A stretch of DNA of 64,000 nt from Clostridiaceae bacterium (GTDB lineage Bacteria; Bacillota; Clostridia; CAYPLH01; DUMO01). The DNA lies in assembly GCA_012839865.1 (NCBI GenBank), contig DUMO01000019.1, positions 62,001 to 126,000 on the forward strand, written 5' to 3'. The first letter of the stretch is position 1, and each line of letters starts with the position of its first letter. This document shows positions 39,177 to 49,257 of this stretch, piece by piece. Both the position numbers and the translations under genes were made by a program. The notes under the pieces were generated by a model. The model had not been told where the DNA came from and did not search any database. It worked only from the letters and a program-made list of their open reading frames with translations.

Positions 39177-40147
39177 AATTGATACTCCTTGTATAGCTCG
39201 GCGACCATTTCCTCTGCCGTTATTCCGGACACCGATACATCAATCAGCTCCGTCTTTCCTGCAAGATATGCTATAGCATCCGATACCGGCAAGACTTCCG
39301 GGTCAAGAGTAATTATAAGGTGCCCGTTTTTCTTTTCCTTCAAGGTCATACCTTCTGTAATTTCAGGTGCAGCACCGGTATATTCAATGGTAAGGGTTTT
39401 CCGTCTTGATGAGTGCTTTTTGAGTTCGGCAAGGCTGCCGTCGAACAATATTCTGCCTTTCCCTATAAACAATATTCGTTCTGTCAAAGCTTCAATGTCC
39501 TGCATGTCATGTGTTGTCAAAATAACTGTTGTACCACGCTCGGAATTCAGTTTTTTTATGAACTGGCGCACTGCAATTTTTGAAACTGCGTCAAGTCCAA
39601 TGGTAGGTTCATCGAGAAACAAAACTTTGGGAGAATGCAGCAAGGAAGCGGCAATTTCACAGCGCATACGCTGGCCGAGGCTCAGGCTTCGGGCCGGTGT
39701 TTTGAGAATCTCACCCAAATCAAGAAGCTCAGTCAGTTCTTCAAGATTGTATTTATATGTTTTTTCATCTGTTTTGTAAATGTCACGTATCAATTCAAAG
39801 CTGTCAATGACAGGAACATCCCACCAAAGTTGACTTCTCTGACCAAAAACGACACCGATTTTACTTACGTGGGCAATACGCTCACGCCATGGTATGCGCC
39901 CGTCTATTTCACACAATCCGCTGTCCGGTGTCAGGATTCCGCACATGATTTTAATTGTGGTGCTTTTTCCTGCGCCATTAGGTCCGATATATCCAACCAT
40001 TTCGCCATCTTTGATTGTAAAGCTTACATCCCTCAAGGCATGAACAAGTTCGTATTCCCGCGAGAACAAAGCCTTCACAGCCCGCCCGAACCCTGCCTGC
40101 CGCCTGGCAACACGAAAAGTCTTATTGATGTTGGAAAGGGTAATCAT
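39173..40147 (-). CDS. ABC exporter ATP-binding protein
   Basis: GPNGAGKST, LSLGQRMR, LFLDEPT, LTTHDM. Confidence 0.93.
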   Translation of the reverse strand: MITLSNINKTFRVARRQAGFGRAVKALFSREYELVHALRDVSFTIKDGEMVGYIGPNGAGKSTTIKIMCGILTPDSGLCEIDGRIPWRERIAHVSKIGVVFGQRSQLWWDVPVIDSFELIRDIYKTDEKTYKYNLEELTELLDLGEILKTPARSLSLGQRMRCEIAASLLHSPKVLFLDEPTIGLDAVSKIAVRQFIKKLNSERGTTVILTTHDMQDIEALTERILFIGKGRILFDGSLAELKKHSSRRKTLTIEYTGAAPEITEGMTLKEKKNGHLIITLDPEVLPVSDAIAYLAGKTELIDVSVSGITAEEMVAELYKEYQL

Positions 40148-40638
40148 ATATCCTCCTTTGCAATTATCCGGTATCTATTGATATAATTGATATGAATAAG
40201 TTTATCAGTAAATCTGTCAGCTGACATGCAAGGAATTCATCCACCACACTTTTCCAATGCAAGAATTTGTATTATAGCAAATAGTTTATAAGAAATCAAG
40301 CATTATTTTATTTTCATATTTAGTACACCTGTACGCCTAAGTGGAAAAAGTAAATTCCACCCCAAAATTACTCGACAATCCGTCTGACATCCCACATGGA
40401 AAATCTACTCTTAAACAGTATATTTCACTTACTTTACAAGTCAATTACAATTATTGAAGAGAATGAACCACTCTGATATTATAGAAAGTGAAGTTTCCCT
40501 CTCAGCTTATCAGCAGGGTAGCAGGTGCAAAGCCGCAAATAAGGCTTCCATTTGTGATGGCAAAACTGATGGATACAAACAATCCACTACCGGTGCAAAG
40601 TCAAAAACCAGGCTTTCACGTACATATTTGGAGGAACT

Positions 40639-43608
40639 ATGAAAAAGTTTTCAAAGCTTTTAATTATTTTTATTATAATATTATTTATTTCTGCATCCAA
40701 CATCAGTAATGTCAATTCATCGGAACCTGTCAGAGTGTTCTATAATGGAGAAATATATCCACTTGAGTATGCGCCTTTGCTGGATGACGGCAAATATTAC
40801 TTTGATGCCAGTGCATTATACGATATACTGGATTTGAGGTATTATGTAGACAGCACAATACAGACTGTTTACATAGAATACGGCAATATAAGGGACATAT
40901 TCAGAATAGATAATCTGAAGAATTCACCTAAATATATTAACAACCAGCTTTATATACCCTTTGATTTCTTAACAGAGAAATTCGGTTTATCAGTTAAGAC
41001 AACCAACAACAACACTGCAATTTACATTTTGCAGCAGGATGTTATAGACAGTTCCATGTCTTCAGTTTTTCGCAATATATCATGCAATTACAGTATAAAC
41101 ATTCCAACCCATATAACCATAGATTTGGCAAAAGAGGATCCGTTCCAGGATGAAGTAATATATATCACCGATAAAAATAACCTATATGAAGCCGTAATAT
41201 CCTGTGAAATAGTGGATGAAACCTCTCTGATAGCCATGAGAAGCTATCTTAACGACTTTGCATCAACCGATGAAGAAATATTCGACGAATTGATTAATTA
41301 TAAAAAAAGTTATTTTCGGGCAATGCAGGAATACTTTAAAAATAACTTTCTTTTTGGTGGAACACCTCCTTTTTACAGTGAATCAAACATGAAGATATTT
41401 GCTGAATATGATGATGTTTTTTCAGGACAGAAGGCTGCCGTAACTCTTTACAATATTATACATTCAACCAGGGACGGATCTTCGGAAGAAGTTCATATCA
41501 GCATTTTCCTGCCGGTTAACTCAACCAAATCAATCTATACCATTGAGTTTACAACAGATACAGAAAGGTTGAATCATACAACCTTGAAAAGAATGTCCGA
41601 ACTGGTTGATTCAATTGAAATAACCGGATTGCCGGTTTCAAAAAATGAGCTTAAGGTTTTTTCAGACCAGCCTTCAATTAATGATGCAAAGCGTGGAATT
41701 TATCCTACCCTTCCGGATGTTAACATCGGCTATACCGCCCTGGTTAACACTCAATCAGGTTATAGGGTAATTTACCCATCCTCTGCCATACCGTACATGC
41801 ATAATAATATCATTGAGCCCTATGACTATAGAAGTTTCAAGCTGAGCTATAATGATTGCTTTTCAGTCGCCGTGGAACCTCAAGGGAAAGGAAATCCGGT
41901 GGAAAACAGGCTGCATGTTCTTGAACTTGCTTACAAAGACAAGATTTCAGACATTGAAACGTACAAGGTTAATCTCTCGGGCAAGGTCTTTGACCGGTTG
42001 CTCTATACAATAGAAAGTGACAATATAAACGAATATGTTGATTCTTTCATTACGGTACATAATGAAAAAGTCTACACCATACAGTTGGACAGCAGATTCA
42101 GGGAACCTGAAAGAGATATAAAGGAGGAATTTGCAAAAATAGCCGCTTCCCTTGAGTTTATAAAAACCGATGCAAAAGTTGAACCCGATAGTTACTCCTT
42201 TATTAAATATGTTGACCCCGAGCATGGATATACCGTCTCCTATCCAAATAAATGGCTTATTCAGGAAACTTATAATGACAATTTCCAAAACACCAAAATA
42301 AGCAATCCTGATTACTCCGGCCCCCTTAACATATCCCTGTCGGAAGCTAAAATCAATCCGGACTACTCCAGAGAGGATATTCTGGAGTGCCTGACCTCAA
42401 ACTCACCGGAACAGATAAATGAATTTCTTTCAGGTTACAGCGCACCTTTCCTCGAAAGCATAAGCTCCAGGCTGCTGAAGTTAAGCGCAAGGGAAGACAA
42501 AAATGCACTTTTCATATACAGGCTTATAAATTATCTTGACTATGGCGAGCAAAACAAACTATGCTATTCAGTAGATATTATAAAAGATGATAATGTTTAT
42601 TCCCTGTTTATTACCGTAAGTCAATACCTGACTTTAGACGGTGTTGTGTATGACAATGAGTTGAAATCCATCCTGAAGGGGATTGGCAGCACCTATGGAA
42701 TGGTTGACCCTGAAAGCATGATTAAAAATCAAATTACAGGAGAAGCCGCCAGGAATGTCATTGAAGCTGTGCAGACTTATTTCAAAAGAATCCTGCGTCT
42801 TGATGCGGAAGTTAAAAATCCCGCATATATCGATTCCTCCAAGGAAAGTATAATGGTTCAGGTGGACGGCATACCCGACAGCGGTTATTATATCATAGCT
42901 ACAAAATATGATCCAAGCGGCAATCTTTTTTTAATGGACAGGATACTGAACAGGGACATTCTTGACGAAGCTGTTTCGGTGCTTAAGCGAAGGTATAGTG
43001 AGAAGGATGTCTGGCAGATTGAAACAGATGATGAGGAAATGACCTTGAAAATAACCTACCGGGACGATCCGGAAGCTGAATTTGTTAAGAAAAACTACCG
43101 TGTTTCGGTGGACAGAAGCCATAGCAATTTTAACTGGAAACTTGAAAGAATTGACTACTCCAATACTCTTGCGGATTATTGCGAAATATACCTTGAAAAC
43201 TTTCTTTCAAAGGCTGTAAACGTCTATTTTCAGGCATCTGATGAGGAACTGGGCAACTCCATATATAAGGACTTTACCGAAAAACAATATGTCTCTCTTT
43301 ATACCGAGTTTGGAAATTCTTCAGGATATTTTATTCTTGGAATCGACCCTGATGCTGAAAGTATCGAAGCTGTTTCATACACACCGGTTAATTTTCTTGA
43401 TGAACAGCTGAAATCAATTTATACGGAACTTTATCCCGGGTTTGAAATACTAAATTATACCGCAAGCGATGAGGACAAGTTTAAAATTAATGTTTTCATG
43501 CGCGCTCAACCGAGCCGTACGGTAAGCATGTTCCGGGTAAATAAAGCCAGGGTTGTTTTTGATAAGAACAGGCTGATTCTCACCCTGATAGATGAAACCT
43601 CCAGGTAG
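40639..43608 (+). CDS. Exported protein: stalk (Cu amine oxidase N-like) domain + three PsbP-like modules + C-terminal region
   Basis: Signal peptide; VRVFYNG...P....GKYY and YIPFDFLTEKFG; repeats starting YSINIP, YRVIYP, YTVSYP; RBS GGAGG. Confidence 0.6.
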   Translation: MKKFSKLLIIFIIILFISASNISNVNSSEPVRVFYNGEIYPLEYAPLLDDGKYYFDASALYDILDLRYYVDSTIQTVYIEYGNIRDIFRIDNLKNSPKYINNQLYIPFDFLTEKFGLSVKTTNNNTAIYILQQDVIDSSMSSVFRNISCNYSINIPTHITIDLAKEDPFQDEVIYITDKNNLYEAVISCEIVDETSLIAMRSYLNDFASTDEEIFDELINYKKSYFRAMQEYFKNNFLFGGTPPFYSESNMKIFAEYDDVFSGQKAAVTLYNIIHSTRDGSSEEVHISIFLPVNSTKSIYTIEFTTDTERLNHTTLKRMSELVDSIEITGLPVSKNELKVFSDQPSINDAKRGIYPTLPDVNIGYTALVNTQSGYRVIYPSSAIPYMHNNIIEPYDYRSFKLSYNDCFSVAVEPQGKGNPVENRLHVLELAYKDKISDIETYKVNLSGKVFDRLLYTIESDNINEYVDSFITVHNEKVYTIQLDSRFREPERDIKEEFAKIAASLEFIKTDAKVEPDSYSFIKYVDPEHGYTVSYPNKWLIQETYNDNFQNTKISNPDYSGPLNISLSEAKINPDYSREDILECLTSNSPEQINEFLSGYSAPFLESISSRLLKLSAREDKNALFIYRLINYLDYGEQNKLCYSVDIIKDDNVYSLFITVSQYLTLDGVVYDNELKSILKGIGSTYGMVDPESMIKNQITGEAARNVIEAVQTYFKRILRLDAEVKNPAYIDSSKESIMVQVDGIPDSGYYIIATKYDPSGNLFLMDRILNRDILDEAVSVLKRRYSEKDVWQIETDDEEMTLKITYRDDPEAEFVKKNYRVSVDRSHSNFNWKLERIDYSNTLADYCEIYLENFLSKAVNVYFQASDEELGNSIYKDFTEKQYVSLYTEFGNSSGYFILGIDPDAESIEAVSYTPVNFLDEQLKSIYTELYPGFEILNYTASDEDKFKINVFMRAQPSRTVSMFRVNKARVVFDKNRLILTLIDETSR

Positions 43609-43773
43609 GTCATGATTGATGAACCCCTCAGGCAGACTACTATTTTGATTCAACCTGCCTGCCGGTGTCGTACAGGTTTTGGTATTGTGCCATCCAAAGC
43701 TTTTTCTCCATTTTTAAAACAATCAGCTCCAATGCAGCATACAGTACATGAAATTAGAGAAAAGTCTGAAATA

Positions 43774-43822
43774 AATGAAATGTGTGCAGAAAAATGACAA
43801 TTGTCAATGCACACATTTCATT
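43774..43822. terminator. Hairpin between convergent genes
   Basis: AATGAAATGTGTGCA...TGCACACATTTCATT. Confidence 0.6.
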
Positions 43823-43912
43823 TGGATTATATTTCCATTAAGCCTTACTCTAAATACCTTCACTGGATCTGATAATTCATACAAACGCACCTTAAAAGTA
43901 TCGCAGGGTATG

Positions 43913-45017
43913 TTATTTCATCTTTGACGAAAGGTACGCATTTATAAAACCGTCCAGGTCTCCATCCATTACCCCGTTTACATTTCCCTGCTCATAATTT
44001 GTCCTGTGGTCCTTTACAAGGGTATAGGGGCAGAAAACATACGAGCGAATCTGATTTCCCCAGGCTATTTCAGTCTGGATGCCCTTAAGGTCCTCTATCT
44101 TTTCCTTTTGCTCCTGTTCCTTTAATTGAATGAGCTTTGACTTCAGCATTTTCATTGCGGTATCCCTGTTCTGATGTTGCGACCTTTCGGATTGGCAGGC
44201 AACTACAATACCGGTAGGTATATGAGTTATTCTAATTGCGGATTCGGTCTTGTTGACATGCTGTCCTCCGGCACCGCTGGAGCGGTAGGTATCAACGCGA
44301 AGATCAGCAGGGTTTATATCCACTTCAATATCATTGTCAAGCTCAGGCATGACATCCAATGAGGCAAAGGATGTATGTCTTCTTCCGGATGCATCAAAGG
44401 GGGAAATCCTTACGAGTCTGTGGACACCTTTCTCGGATTTTAAATAACCATATGCAAACTCACCGCTGACTTCAAGGGTTACGCTTTTAATCCCTGCCTC
44501 TTCCCCTTCCAGTATATCAAGGATTTTCACGTTATATCCTCTATTCTCAGCCCATCTTGTATACATCCTGAGCAGCATTTCAACCCAGTCCTGGGCTTCA
44601 GTTCCTCCTGCCCCCGCATGCAATGTCAGTATTGCATCATTCCGGTCATAAGGTCCTGAAAGCATTGTTTCTATTTTGAAGGCTGCAATCCTGCTTTTCA
44701 GTGTTTCCAGTTCGCTTCCGGCTTCTGCGGCAATACTGTCATCCTGTTCCTCAAGACCCAATTCAACAAGCACTTCAAGATCATTTGCCAGTGAAACCAG
44801 TTTGCTGTACCTTTCCAGTTTGTCCTTCAATACCTTTGTTCTCTGGAGCACCTTCTGAGAGTTTTCCAGATCAGTCCAGAAAGAAGGATCGCTTGCCTGC
44901 TGTTCCAACTCCCCGATTTCTTTTTTCAGACCGGCAATGTCAAAGTGAAGCCCCCATTTCATTGAGTTCTTCTTTTATTGCCCGGACTTCATACTTATAT
45001 TGTTCAAGCTCTATCAT
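43913..45017 (-). CDS. prfB: Peptide chain release factor 2 with programmed +1 frameshift
   Basis: ORF1 MIELEQYK...EMGASL ends CTT TGA C (44945-44939) after a G-rich SD-like run; +1 frame has SPF and GAGGQHVN. Confidence 0.96.
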
Positions 45018-45235
45018 CTCATCAACTCCCGAATAAATTTTATTTTGCTGGTTTAGCCAAACAACACTATCGCTAATTATAATTTGGCACATGGATATTG
45101 TCAAATTGGCTGCTGTATCAAAAGCACCACCACTTGCAGCAGTAAAAGTTTCTTACAAACAAACCCCTGCATGAAAACCCGCCTGCATAAGCGTTTTTAC
45201 GGTAAACTCACAAAAATCGGCCCTGACACGGCTGT

Positions 45236-46423
45236 TTATGAAGCACAGGCATTTTTCTCCTTGTGCCTTTCCACAAAATTCTTAACCCTCTTCATGGCTT
45301 CGGATATATTTTCCACTGATGCTGCATAGCAAGCCCTGACAAAGCCCTCGCCACACTCACCAAAAGCATTTCCAGGAACAACAGCCACCTTCTCCTCAAT
45401 CAGGAGCTTCTCGCAAAACTCATTTGAGGTCATGCCTGTTGATTTAATGCACGGAAATACATAAAAGGCTCCAAGGGGTTCAAAACATTCAAGACCTGCA
45501 TTCCTGAACCCGTCCAGCATAAGCCTTCTCCTTCTGTTGTACTCTTCGGTCATCATCCGGATTTCTTCGTCACAATTTCTCAGGGCTTCAATAGCTGCAT
45601 ACTGGGCAGTGGTGGGAGCACACATTATTCCATACTGGTGAATTTTATACATCACCCCTATAAGGTCGGGATGTCCGCATGCATATCCCAGCCTCCAGCC
45701 TGTCATTGCATATGTTTTGGAAAAACCGTTGATAACAACCGTCCTCTCCTTCATTCCGGGGAATGAGGCAATGGAAACATGCTTCCCTTCATAGGTCAGT
45801 TCGGCATATATCTCGTCGGATATAACCGCAATATCCTTATCCTTTATCACTTCAACAATTTTTCCAACATCCTCATATGTCATTATTGCGCCTGTAGGAT
45901 TGTTGGGGAAAGGCAATATCAACACCTTGGTCTTTTTTGTTATTGCCTTCTCCAGAAGGTCAGGGGTGAGCCTGAACTGGTCCTCCGCCTTTAAGTTGAC
46001 TATTACAGGTGTTCCCCTGGATAAAATTGTAAGGGGTTTATAAGCTACAAAACTTGGTTCAGGTATAATAACTTCATCCCCCGATTCCACCAGAGCCCTG
46101 AGGGCCAGGTCTATACCCTCGCTTCCGCCTACAGTGACAATAACCTCCATTTTGGGGTCATACTGCAGATTGAATCGTTTCCCCATGTAATTGCATATTT
46201 CCTGTCTCAACTGAAACAGGCCTGAATTCGGTGAATAATGCGTATGCCCTTTCTCCAGTGAGTAAATACCCTCTTCCCTTATCTTCCACGGAGTTACAAA
46301 GCTGGGCTCTCCAATACTCAGAGATATTACATCCTTGATTTCGTTTGCCAGGTCAAAAAACTTTCTGATTCCCGATGAAGGAAGATTTTTTACGGATTGT
46401 GACACCATATCAGCCATTTTCAT
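45236..46423 (-). CDS. alaT: Class I/II PLP aminotransferase, AlaT/YugH type
   Basis: PSSGIRKFFDL, SLSIGEP, FPNNPTG, SDEIY, GFSKTYAMTGWRLG; 4-bp overlap with the Lrp gene; Ala T-box upstream. Confidence 0.75.
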   Translation of the reverse strand: MKMADMVSQSVKNLPSSGIRKFFDLANEIKDVISLSIGEPSFVTPWKIREEGIYSLEKGHTHYSPNSGLFQLRQEICNYMGKRFNLQYDPKMEVIVTVGGSEGIDLALRALVESGDEVIIPEPSFVAYKPLTILSRGTPVIVNLKAEDQFRLTPDLLEKAITKKTKVLILPFPNNPTGAIMTYEDVGKIVEVIKDKDIAVISDEIYAELTYEGKHVSIASFPGMKERTVVINGFSKTYAMTGWRLGYACGHPDLIGVMYKIHQYGIMCAPTTAQYAAIEALRNCDEEIRMMTEEYNRRRRLMLDGFRNAGLECFEPLGAFYVFPCIKSTGMTSNEFCEKLLIEEKVAVVPGNAFGECGEGFVRACYAASVENISEAMKRVKNFVERHKEKNACAS

Positions 46424-46905
46424 AAAACAACAACCTCCCTGTCATCTTTTTCTTCCTGTGCGAAAATGGTACCGTAATCTTTATATTTCTTCAAAACAAA
46501 ATGTGTTGACGTACTGATCACGGAATCCAGCACAGCCAGCTTTTCAGCGACAAACAACGCTACTTCTTTCAATGTCTTCTCCTCTATTATTACTGTCAGG
46601 TCAAATCCTCCGGACATTAAAAAACATGATTTTACCTCGGGAAATCTGCTGATTCTTTCTGCAATTTTTTCGAAGCCTTCTCCTCTCTGGGGTGTCACCT
46701 TGACTTCAATCAATGCCGTAACAGCATCACGGTCGGTTTTCTCCCAATCTATCAGTGTTTTGTAACCAATAATCACTTTTTCATCTTCAAGTTTTTTAAT
46801 AGCCGCTTTTATTTCCTCAGTACTTTTACCAAGCATCACCGCCAGCTGTTCGACATCATAACGACTGTTTTTTTCAAGCAAACCAAGTAATTCTTTCATG
46901 TTCAC
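46420..46905 (-). CDS. alaR: Lrp/AsnC regulator, AlaR/YugG type
   Basis: LLEKNSR HTH, VTPQRGEGF, MSGGFDL, TSTHFVLKKYK. Confidence 0.8.
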   Translation of the reverse strand: MNMKELLGLLEKNSRYDVEQLAVMLGKSTEEIKAAIKKLEDEKVIIGYKTLIDWEKTDRDAVTALIEVKVTPQRGEGFEKIAERISRFPEVKSCFLMSGGFDLTVIIEEKTLKEVALFVAEKLAVLDSVISTSTHFVLKKYKDYGTIFAQEEKDDREVVVL

Positions 46906-47054
46906 TACCTCCTGATTACCGTCTTTACAGTATTATTTATTTCAACAGTGAAAACCCTTGGGGAAATAATGCTTCATAGTATAGTCCCGGCCATACATTT
47001 CTCAGGTATTCATTATATGATTATTCCCCCGTAAGGTACGTTGAATGAGCCAAT

Positions 47055-47335
47055 AAAATAGAAAACTCCTTGCGCCCACCATAGGGACGAAGGAGTATTT
47101 TTCCGCGGTACCACCCTTATTAACGCTTTTATGCGTTCACTCTGCCAGTACAAACATACTGTATCCAAAATAACGCAGGATATGCGTTCACCCCTAATAT
47201 CAACCTTTCCACAAGGCCAATGTTCTCAGGGAGAAAACTCAAAGGCTGCCTTCCATGCTTTCATCATACCGGATTTCCACCTTTATGCCGGCTCTCTTGA
47301 ATGATTCCAACATGTACTCTTCCCCGTCATCGTTT
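47055..47335 (-). ncRNA. T-box riboswitch, predicted Ala (GCA)
   Basis: AGUA, AGAGA and GGUGGAAA boxes; specifier loop GAAG-GCA-G; T-box AAGGGTGGTACCGCGG; terminator ACTCCTT...AAGGAGT-TTTC. Confidence 0.9.
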
Positions 47336-47412
47336 CTAGTTTAATTAAGTTGTTCATAATTATACTGAACTTTGTTTGCTATTGCAACAACTTTTTTGTG
47401 AGGCTTCACAAA

Positions 47413-47919
47413 TTAATCAACAAATTCGCTTTCGGCTGCAGCTGCCTCTTTTCTGGAGCTTTCCTCAATAATATCACTGTCTTCCGTCTTTTCAATTATT
47501 TTGCCAATCTCGGCATCATAGTTTTTCAACACGTTCAAAACTTCGGCCTTGAGATGCTTCAAATTCTCTCTTATATCTACAAGCTTTTCCTTTTCCTGCT
47601 CTACAATGCCTTCGATGCTCTTTTTCTCTTCAATTGCCTGAACTCTTGCATTTTCAATAATTTTATCCGCCGTCTCCCGGGCATTGATTATGGCTGAGGC
47701 AATTTTATCCCTTTCAGCCTCAATTTCCTTCTCCTTGACAGCAAGCGCTTCGTATCTGGAGCTCAATTGTTTATATTGATCCTTCAGGGTGGAAATCTCC
47801 TTGTCTTTTTCCCTGAACCTCTCTTCAAACTCTCTTAAAATCCTTTCAATATATGCATTGACATCTGCCTTGTTAAATCCGCCTAAAATCGACGTTCTGA
47901 ATCTTTTTTCCCCTGCCAT
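47413..47919 (-). CDS. DivIVA-domain coiled-coil protein
   Basis: RFRTSILGGFNKADVNAYIE, then coiled coil with AIINARETADKII. Confidence 0.7.
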   Translation of the reverse strand: MAGEKRFRTSILGGFNKADVNAYIERILREFEERFREKDKEISTLKDQYKQLSSRYEALAVKEKEIEAERDKIASAIINARETADKIIENARVQAIEEKKSIEGIVEQEKEKLVDIRENLKHLKAEVLNVLKNYDAEIGKIIEKTEDSDIIEESSRKEAAAAESEFVD

Positions 47920-48181
47920 ATGGCAACCCCTCCGCAAACAACAAATTGTATCTTTTATATATTCCATATTGCCATAAAAATTCCTCTTTCCTTTGACATT
48001 TTTTTAATTTTAACAACAACCGTTCCAGTTTAGGTGTATACAAAAATATGTGTTCATACTTTTAAAATAAAAAAAATACTGTATAATTAAATAAGAAAAA
48101 ATAAGTCGCAAAGGATGGTCAAAACCAGTGAGGGTTCAGGCCGGTAACAAACAACACAAAAGAAACAGCAGAAGACACTCA

Positions 48182-49246
48182 ATGCGTAAATCCGGGATAT
48201 TATCCTCTATAAAAAATATAAAGGAAAAGAGCGGAAAGCGCAAAAGAGTGGCGACCACGCGGGGTTATTCTGCGATTAAAAAACTTAAACAAATACCCTG
48301 GAAAAACGTAGCAAAATTCATTGTCTTTCAAGTGGTGTTTGCCATGTTCACCATGCCTTTTATGGTATTCTACGGCCCCTTTGAAAACGTAAAAACAGCC
48401 ATTGTCGGAACTTCCTGGGCAACCTGGAGGCATCAGTACATTGCAAAATTTTTCCTGTCCGACGAGGCCATAACACGAATTGTGGGCAACGAATTCGGCG
48501 AAGACCTTGGAGAGGACATCAAGGATATCAATATTGATCCAAATCCTACTAATAGAATAGAAGTCATAGATATTAAAGGTGATTTTATTTCAGGCAAGCT
48601 CATTAAGGTTTATGACCCAAAAAGGCTGCGGGTGGGCTTTTCAAGCAAACTGCCGGAGGAAGGTGAACCTACCAGCGTCATTGCCAAAAGATTTGGCGCT
48701 GTTGCAGCCATTAATGCCGGAGGCCTTATTGACAAAAACTGGACCGGTGTAGGTGTCCCCTATGGAATAATTATGCATGAAGGAAATGTAATATTCAATG
48801 ACACTAAACCCGGTGAGAGAGTGGAAATTGTAGGATTCCGGGACAACGGGATGCTTGTGGTGGGAAAATACACCCTTGAGTCCCTAAAGGAAATGGGAGT
48901 CAGGGAAGCAATAACTTTCGGGCCAACCCTTATCCTAAACGGTAAGCCGGCTATAACAGGAAATAATGACGGAGGATGGGGGATCGCCCCGAGAACGGCC
49001 ATTGGCCAAACCATTGACGGAGTAGTTCTGCTGTTGGTTATAGACGGAAGGACGCTGCAGTCGGGGTTTGGTGCAACTCTGAGGGATGTGCAGGACATAC
49101 TCCTTGAAAACGGCGCTTACAATGCGGCAAACCTGGACGGCGGTTCATCAACCACAATGTATTATAACGGAAAAGTAATTAACAATCCCAGCGACAGCCT
49201 GGGTGAGCGCAGTGTTCCATCAATTTTCATGGTTTTGCCGGATTAG
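48182..49246 (+). CDS. Phosphodiester glycosidase (NAGPA-like) membrane-anchored protein
   Basis: N-terminal TM; AINAGG, FGPTLI, PRTAIGQ, IDGR, NLDGGSST. Confidence 0.85.
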   Translation: MRKSGILSSIKNIKEKSGKRKRVATTRGYSAIKKLKQIPWKNVAKFIVFQVVFAMFTMPFMVFYGPFENVKTAIVGTSWATWRHQYIAKFFLSDEAITRIVGNEFGEDLGEDIKDINIDPNPTNRIEVIDIKGDFISGKLIKVYDPKRLRVGFSSKLPEEGEPTSVIAKRFGAVAAINAGGLIDKNWTGVGVPYGIIMHEGNVIFNDTKPGERVEIVGFRDNGMLVVGKYTLESLKEMGVREAITFGPTLILNGKPAITGNNDGGWGIAPRTAIGQTIDGVVLLLVIDGRTLQSGFGATLRDVQDILLENGAYNAANLDGGSSTTMYYNGKVINNPSDSLGERSVPSIFMVLPD

Positions 49247-49257
49247 GAGGAAAGTAC

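Noticed and set aside
40480..40615. c-di-GMP-I riboswitch before the 989-aa gene (GGCAAAAC...GGTGCAAAG)
   Set aside because: No GNRA-capped P2 stem or receptor, and no clear P1; the resemblance is only to short words.
40454..40642. 62-aa ORF overlapping the start of the 989-aa gene
   Set aside because: TTG start without a convincing RBS and no recognisable features.
46945..47001. Leader peptide MYGRDYTMKHYFPKGFHC between the T-box and alaR
   Set aside because: No good RBS and no Ala enrichment; a chance ORF is likely.
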